32,000 nucleotides of DNA from positions 1 through 32,000 of the forward strand of contig JAEOUO010000004.1 of assembly GCA_016839265.1 (NCBI GenBank), read 5' to 3'. Made by a program: the position numbers and the translations under genes. Below, piece by piece: positions 27,253-32,000 of this stretch (position 1 is its first letter; each line of letters starts with the position of its first letter). Origin of the DNA: Candidatus Odinarchaeota archaeon (GTDB lineage: Archaea > Asgardarchaeota > Odinarchaeia > Odinarchaeales > Odinarchaeaceae). The notes under the pieces are model-generated. The model ran no database searches, was not told the DNA's origin, and was given only the letters and a program-made list of their open reading frames with translations.

Positions 27253-28143
27253 TATTTTGTTTAGTGCTTGTTTTAGTGTGTTTGTTTGTTGTGTGATGTT
27301 TTTCCAGGGGTTTGGTGTGTTTTGTAGGTGTTGGAATATGTTGTTTATGTTGTAGGTTTTAGCGTTTAGGTTTTTGTTTTCTAAGTCTTTCCATGTTATG
27401 GGTGTTGCGATGGGCGCTGTTTTTTTAGCGCGTAGGGAGTATGGTGCGACTGAGGTTTGAGCGTATGCGTTTCTGGTTGTGTCTATGAAGAGTCTGTTTT
27501 TTCTTTTTTCTTTTCGTTGTTCGACGGTGATTTTATCCGGGTTGTTTTTAGCTATGTTTTTAGCGATTTTCTGGGCGAATAGTCGTGTTTGCTCGAAGGT
27601 GTGTTCTCTTTCTATTGGGATGATTACGTGGACTCCTTTGGATCCGGTTGTCATAATAAAAGTGTTTAGTTCTAGCTTATCTAAGGTTTCTTTGATTAGG
27701 AGGGCGGTTTGCCGGACTGATTCGAAGTCTTCTGGTGTAGCTGGGTCTAGGTCGAATACTATTTTATCAGGGTGGTTTGGTTTATCGTATTTGGCGAGCC
27801 ATATGTGGGGTGTGATGCAGGCTTGCTCGGTGATGTATAGGAGGGTTTCCTTGTTTTGGCATAACAGGTATGTGGTGTCTCCTCCTGTTTTATTATCTAG
27901 CTTGATTTTTTCTATCCATGGGGGGAAGTATTCCGGAACTTCTTTTTGGAAGAAGCCTTCTTTGCTTATTCCATCGGGGAAGCGGTGCATTGTTAATGGT
28001 CGATCTTTTAAGTATGGTAGCATTAGATTCGCTATTTTTTCATAGTATTGTATTACTTGGAGTTTGGTGATTTTATCGTCCGGGTATAGTATTTTATCAG
28101 GGTTGCTGACTTGGATGACTTGTTTTCCTGCTTTAATCTGCAT
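27247..28143 (-). CDS. ligD: NHEJ LigD polymerase (AEP primase-polymerase) domain protein
   Basis: SNPDKILYP, RFPDGI..FFQK, PDKIVFDLDP (DxD), TTGSKGVH, VAPYSLRA. Confidence 0.9.
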   Translation of the reverse strand: MQIKAGKQVIQVSNPDKILYPDDKITKLQVIQYYEKIANLMLPYLKDRPLTMHRFPDGISKEGFFQKEVPEYFPPWIEKIKLDNKTGGDTTYLLCQNKETLLYITEQACITPHIWLAKYDKPNHPDKIVFDLDPATPEDFESVRQTALLIKETLDKLELNTFIMTTGSKGVHVIIPIEREHTFEQTRLFAQKIAKNIAKNNPDKITVEQRKEKRKNRLFIDTTRNAYAQTSVAPYSLRAKKTAPIATPITWKDLENKNLNAKTYNINNIFQHLQNTPNPWKNITQQTNTLKQALNKIL

Positions 28144-28145
28144 TT

Positions 28146-29150
28146 TTAAGCCTCTGGGATTTCTTTTACTACTGTGCGGGGGTCTTTGTCTCTTCTAACT
28201 CCGAGTAGACGTGGATGGCGTAGTTTACCGGTTTTAGTCCACTCTGTGAAGCCTACTTCTACTACGATTTCAGGTTTCACCCAGGTGACGTTTTTCTCCC
28301 CTGTTTTATCATCGGTGGCGGGGGTGTTTTGTTTTAATGCTTCCAGTTGCCTGGTTAACTGGATTAAGAGCGTGCGGTTGAATCCTGTTCCGACTTTTCC
28401 AGCGTAGATGAGTCTATCTTTATCATAGTATCCTACTAGTATCGCGCCTAATCCGATGCGTGAGCCTTTAGGCGGAGTGTAGCCGATGATCACGAACTCC
28501 TGTTCGTTAACGCATTTGAATTTCAACCAGTCTGTTGATCTTTTATGCTGATATTCGCTGTCAGCTCTTTTAGCGATTACTCCCTCCCATCCTTTTCTAC
28601 AGGCTTCCTTATAGTATTTTACGCCTTCCTTCCATATATGCTCGGTGTATCTTAACGGATCTTGGTAGGTTAAATGTTTTCTTAATAATTCTTTTCTTAA
28701 TGTTAATGGGAGTTTTTCGATAAGATAGTTTTCAATGTATATTAGGTCGAAGATGTAGTAGTAGACTTTTATCTTTGATTTTAAAGCTTCCTCCCTGTTT
28801 TTTATTCCGATTCTTTCCTGTAGTTTGGAGAAACTGGTGTTGTCGCCTTGGAAGGCTACGATTTCACCGTCTATGATGAAGTCGGGGGTTTTCTGTTTTT
28901 CTAAGGCTTCAACGATCTCCGGGTAGGTGTCGCTGATGTCTTTTCTATTTCTGGATAATAGTTTGACGTGACCGTTTTTCTTAAATGCTAAGCATCGCTC
29001 TCCGTCTAGTTTACGCTCATATATCCAGTTTTCATCCGAGAACCGTTTACTGGTTAGGGTTGCTAGCATGGGGTCAACCCAGTCTGGTACGCTTGTTTTC
29101 ACGAGTAGATTCCTGTATTTCTGGTCTACTTCGTCTAGGATGGTGTTCAT
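28146..29150 (-). CDS. ligD: NHEJ LigD-type ATP-dependent DNA ligase domain protein
   Basis: PMLATL, ERKLDG (motif I), IDGEIV, YIFDL, EGVIAKR, WLKFK, GKVGTGF, LRHP. Confidence 0.92.
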   Translation of the reverse strand: MNTILDEVDQKYRNLLVKTSVPDWVDPMLATLTSKRFSDENWIYERKLDGERCLAFKKNGHVKLLSRNRKDISDTYPEIVEALEKQKTPDFIIDGEIVAFQGDNTSFSKLQERIGIKNREEALKSKIKVYYYIFDLIYIENYLIEKLPLTLRKELLRKHLTYQDPLRYTEHIWKEGVKYYKEACRKGWEGVIAKRADSEYQHKRSTDWLKFKCVNEQEFVIIGYTPPKGSRIGLGAILVGYYDKDRLIYAGKVGTGFNRTLLIQLTRQLEALKQNTPATDDKTGEKNVTWVKPEIVVEVGFTEWTKTGKLRHPRLLGVRRDKDPRTVVKEIPEA

Positions 29151-29235
29151 TTAACCACTATTTTTATTTAATTAATTATTTGATTAATAATAATGTTTAT
29201 ATATTTTCCGTTTAATAAACTTCTATTGTAAGATG

Positions 29236-29274
29236 AGCCTATTAATATTTTTAATTTTTAAAATATAATAGGCT
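29236..29274. promoter_or_regulatory. Inverted repeat in the ligD/YHS divergent promoter
   Basis: AGCCTATTA(A)TATTTT-N8-AAAATATAATAGGCT: 15 paired positions with one bulge. Confidence 0.35.
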
Positions 29275-29307
29275 TCTAAATAAAAAACTCTATCGGTGAT
29301 GTTAAAA

Positions 29308-29493
29308 ATGGTTGTTGATCCTGTTTGCGGAATGGAGTTCTCTGAAAAGGATGCGAAGTTGAAGTACACTTACGGTGACAAAGTGTACTATTTCTGTTGT
29401 GAGATGTGTATGGAGAAATTCGTGAAGAACCCGGAAAAATACGGTGCCTCTAAACCTGTTAAACGCGGCGGATGCGGTTGCTGTAGTTTTTAA
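29308..29493 (+). CDS. YHS/TRASH metal-binding domain protein
   Basis: VDPVCGM, YYFCC..C..KF..NPEKY, Cys-rich tail GCGCC; GGTGAT SD before ATG 29308. Confidence 0.88.
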   Translation: MVVDPVCGMEFSEKDAKLKYTYGDKVYYFCCEMCMEKFVKNPEKYGASKPVKRGGCGCCSF

Positions 29494-30089
29494 ACTCTGA
29501 GACTCATTTTCCGGTAATAATACTCTTCTCCATTTATTTTTATAATTCTCGATTTAATATTTTCGAACCCTTTATTTATATAAAACTTTAATGCTAAACT
29601 ATTCTTTTCTTCGACTTCTAGCATTATTCTATTACAGTTTGTTTTAGCAGCTTCCATTCTAGCGTATTCTAATAGTTTCGAGCCTATTTTTCTCCCCTGA
29701 TATTCTGGGTGAACGGCTAGAAAACATATGTAGTAATCTGTTTTCTTTAACGGTCCGAAGAAAAAGGCTAGTTTTATTATGTTATGGTTCGGAATAATTT
29801 TATTTCTGATGTAGTGTTTTACTATTTTTACAGCTGTTTTTAACTGGTTTTTCAAGTGTAGGCTTCCCGGATAACTTAGCATCATCCCTACTGGTTTACC
29901 GTTTACTTGCGCGTATTTGACGTTTATATGGCTGAAGCTGTTATCTTGGTTTAAATATAGCTGGGTTAAGATGTTTTCTGTGTCAGGTTTGAAAGCATTT
30001 TTTAGAAAGCTCTCGCCGGTGGAGAGGGCTAGTTGAATGTAGTCTTTTACTTGTTCTTTTCTAGCCGCTGTTATTTTTATTTTAACCAT
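29490..30089 (-). CDS. GNAT acetyltransferase
   Basis: [37 protein letters not shown]. Confidence 0.85.
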   Translation of the reverse strand: MVKIKITAARKEQVKDYIQLALSTGESFLKNAFKPDTENILTQLYLNQDNSFSHINVKYAQVNGKPVGMMLSYPGSLHLKNQLKTAVKIVKHYIRNKIIPNHNIIKLAFFFGPLKKTDYYICFLAVHPEYQGRKIGSKLLEYARMEAAKTNCNRIMLEVEEKNSLALKFYINKGFENIKSRIIKINGEEYYYRKMSLRV

Positions 30090-30159
30090 TTGAGATACCC
30101 TTTAATATTCAATAGTTTAATGCTTTTTATATAAAATACAATTATAGGAGTGTTTGTTT

Positions 30160-30366
30160 ATGTCTGATATTGGTGAGAGTCTTAATAAGCTTGGTTTGAA
30201 GGTGCCTGAGCTTGTTTTAGCTATTTTAGCGATTATCTTTGGTGTGCTTATTATCGTATATCCGTTTTTGATCGCTTGGTTTATTGGATTGTTTTTGATT
30301 ATTATGGGTGTGCTGCTTTTGATTAGGTATTTGGAGCGTGAGTTGAAATCCGGCGGCTCTAGTTGA
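30160..30366 (+). CDS. Small two-TM membrane protein
   Basis: AGGAG SD; two hydrophobic helices; followed by an oligo-T tract. Confidence 0.7.
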   Translation: MSDIGESLNKLGLKVPELVLAILAIIFGVLIIVYPFLIAWFIGLFLIIMGVLLLIRYLERELKSGGSS

Positions 30367-30370
30367 TTTA

Positions 30371-30400
30371 TCTTTTTTTCTTTTTGTTTTTTATATTTTT
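30371..30400 (+). terminator. Oligo-T terminator
   Basis: TTTATCTTTTTTTCTTTTTGTTTTTTATATTTTT tract directly after the stop at 30366. Confidence 0.5.
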
Positions 30401-30421
30401 TAATAATGTTTTTATAGTTGA

Positions 30422-30438
30422 ATATAACATTGTTATAT
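30422..30438. promoter_or_regulatory. Perfect 8-1-8 palindrome at the start of the tusA-dsrE-iscS-like operon
   Basis: ATATAACA-T-TGTTATAT, lying between TTTTTATA (~30409-30416) and the ATG at 30437. Confidence 0.45.
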
Positions 30439-30682
30439 GATGATTATGCGTGAAGATAAATCCACCCTTAAAATCGACTGCACTGGTTTATATTGTCCTC
30501 AACCTGTTTTCATAACTAGAACAACTTTGGATGAAATGGCTTCCGGGGAGATTCTAGAAGTGTTAGCTGATGATCCTGCAGCTGAATCCGATATTAAAGC
30601 CTTAGTTGAAGCTTTAGGCCATGAGCTTTTATCTTTTAGTAAAGAGGGTGGTGTTTTAAAGTTTCTTATTCGAAAGAGGTGA
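30437..30682 (+). CDS. tusA: TusA/SirA-family sulfur carrier
   Basis: IDCTGLYCPQP, GEILEVLADDP.AESDI, FLIRK. Confidence 0.9.
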   Translation: MMIMREDKSTLKIDCTGLYCPQPVFITRTTLDEMASGEILEVLADDPAAESDIKALVEALGHELLSFSKEGGVLKFLIRKR

Positions 30683-30689
30683 TTGAACT

Positions 30690-31058
30690 ATGAGTGGTGT
30701 TAAACATATTTTATACGTGCAGACGAGTGGACCTGAAAATCCTGAGCGTCTTTACGCTCCGTTTATTTTAGCGTCAACTGCTAGAGCTATGGGTTATAAC
30801 GCTACCATCTATTTTCTGATTAAAGGAGTTGAAACTGTTAAGAAAGGTGTAGCTGAGAGAATTAAGCTGGGGAGTTTTCCATCTCTTAGAGAAGTCATGG
30901 ATCAAGCTATTAAACTAGGGGTTAAAATTCAAGTCTGCGAGCAATCTTGTGCTCTTTTAGGTATTCCTAGAGGTGAATTTATACCTGAAGCGGAGATTGT
31001 GGGCGCTGCTACTTTGAATAAGCTTTGCTTGGAGGCTGATGCAGCGCTGTATTTCTAA
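30690..31058 (+). CDS. DsrE/DsrF-like family protein
   Basis: APFILASTARAMG, IYFLIKGV, GVKIQVCEQSC, IVGAATL; GAGGTGA SD overlapping the tusA stop. Confidence 0.85.
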   Translation: MSGVKHILYVQTSGPENPERLYAPFILASTARAMGYNATIYFLIKGVETVKKGVAERIKLGSFPSLREVMDQAIKLGVKIQVCEQSCALLGIPRGEFIPEAEIVGAATLNKLCLEADAALYF

Positions 31059-31079
31059 AAATATATATTGTTGATTTAT

Positions 31080-32000
31080 ATGAGTAGGGTTTACTTAGAT
31101 TACGCTGGAGCCTGTCCTGTAGATGAACGGGTTTTAGAAGCTATGAAGCCTTTTATTCTTAAACCAGGGAATCCTTTAGCCCTCCATGAGGAGGGGCAGA
31201 TTGCTAAGCGTGGAATTGAGGAAGCCCGTCAGTATATCGCTCATCTTATTAACGCGGATAACCCGGATGGTGTGGTTTTCACTAGCGGGGCGACTGAATC
31301 TAATAATCTGGCGATTATAGGTATGGGTGAGCGTTTAAAAAGTAAAGGCAATCATATTATCACCTCTAACATCGAGCATATCTCGGTTATTAACTCTTTG
31401 AAGAAACTTGAGAAAAACGGGTTCGAAGTAACAAGGATACCGGTAGACGGAGACGGGGTTATTCGACTTGATTTACTTGAGGAAGCTGTTAGAAATGATA
31501 CCGTGTTGATTACGATTCAAGCAGCTAACTCGGAGATCGGCGTTATTCAGCCTTTAGAAAAGATAGGTGAAATAGCTCGGAGGCATGGGGTGGTTTTTCA
31601 CTGTGATGCGACGGCTGGTTTAGGTCAAATGACTATAGACGTGAAGAAAGCGAATATAAGCTTGCTTACGATGTCTGCTAACAGTATTTATGGTCCTCAA
31701 GGAGTTGGTGCTTTATACTTAGCCTCTAATATCCGTCCGATTCCATTGATTTTAGGCGGAGGCCAGCAGCGGGGTTTCAGATCTGGAACGGAGAATGTGG
31801 CAGGTATTATCGGTATGGGAGAGGCAGCTCGCCTAGCAGCGGTTGAGATGAGAGATGACTGGAAGCGGCTTAAAGTTTTCAGAGATCGTGTAATAAAGGA
31901 GATTCCTGAAAGAGTTAGAGATGTTCATCTTAACGGGCATCCTGTTAAAAGGACGCCTAACAACGTGAATTTTCGAATAGATTATGTGGAAGGGGAGTCG
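31080..32000 (+). CDS. iscS: IscS/NifS-like class V PLP-fold protein lacking the Schiff-base lysine (partial, runs off the window; not in the ORF track)
   Basis: MSRVYLDYAGACPVD, FTSGATESNN, IEHFSV, HCDATAG, SANSIYGPQGVGALY, GGGQQRGFRSGTEN; open to the window end (..YVEGES). Confidence 0.88.
   Translation, partial: MSRVYLDYAGACPVDERVLEAMKPFILKPGNPLALHEEGQIAKRGIEEARQYIAHLINADNPDGVVFTSGATESNNLAIIGMGERLKSKGNHIITSNIEHISVINSLKKLEKNGFEVTRIPVDGDGVIRLDLLEEAVRNDTVLITIQAANSEIGVIQPLEKIGEIARRHGVVFHCDATAGLGQMTIDVKKANISLLTMSANSIYGPQGVGALYLASNIRPIPLILGGGQQRGFRSGTENVAGIIGMGEAARLAAVEMRDDWKRLKVFRDRVIKEIPERVRDVHLNGHPVKRTPNNVNFRIDYVEGES

Noticed and set aside
596-28407. Many short track ORFs antisense to or nested in confident genes (e.g. 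596-853, 1722-1913, 3971-4300, 6904-7158, 9301-9588, 11136-11378, 16611-16856, 17312-17650, 24045-24251, 26916-27164, 27479-28045, 28174-28407)
   Set aside because: They fully overlap well-supported CDSs, show no motifs and have shadow-frame composition.
29180-29207. dif-like ATAA-N6-TTAT site (TTGATTAATAA TAATGT TTATATATTTT)
   Set aside because: The arms match known dif arms poorly, the region is extremely AT-rich, it lies outside the skew switch, and it is more simply a TATA box.
1-32000. CRISPR arrays, tRNA/rRNA genes, IS elements, integrase or att repeats
   Set aside because: None was recognised by eye; intergenic gaps are short and show no periodic repeats or cloverleafs. A covariance-model scan was not possible.

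Overview
Gene-dense, low-GC archaeal window (GGTGA/GAGG Shine-Dalgarno motifs, frequent TTG/GTG starts, 4-12 nt convergent gene overlaps). The gene content suggests an anaerobic non-euryarchaeal lineage such as Asgard or Bathyarchaeia, but this is inference only. 1-21 kb is housekeeping and metabolism: end of a Zn/Mn ABC operon; an APC permease-USP / RAM / USP operon; the ACT + DUF711 pair; a complete AMP phosphorylase - R15P isomerase - form III RuBisCO pathway with a SerK/SbnI-like ParB-fold kinase inserted in it; GMP synthase B; methanofuran genes mfnD-F-E and mfnB; dCMP deaminase; and a HerA-like ATPase fused to a CdvA-like coiled coil. 21-29 kb is an accessory block: a nonsense-interrupted PLD-EVE-like nuclease, an HsdR_N nuclease with a SeqA-like tail, a Type IIG R-M enzyme, and split LigD Pol + Lig genes with no Ku in view. 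29-32 kb holds YHS, GNAT, TusA, DsrE and an IscS-like gene whose PLP-binding Lys is replaced by Ser. The G+T versus A+C strand skew flips sharply across the accessory block. All family calls come from motif recognition and remembered reference sequences; no database search was run.
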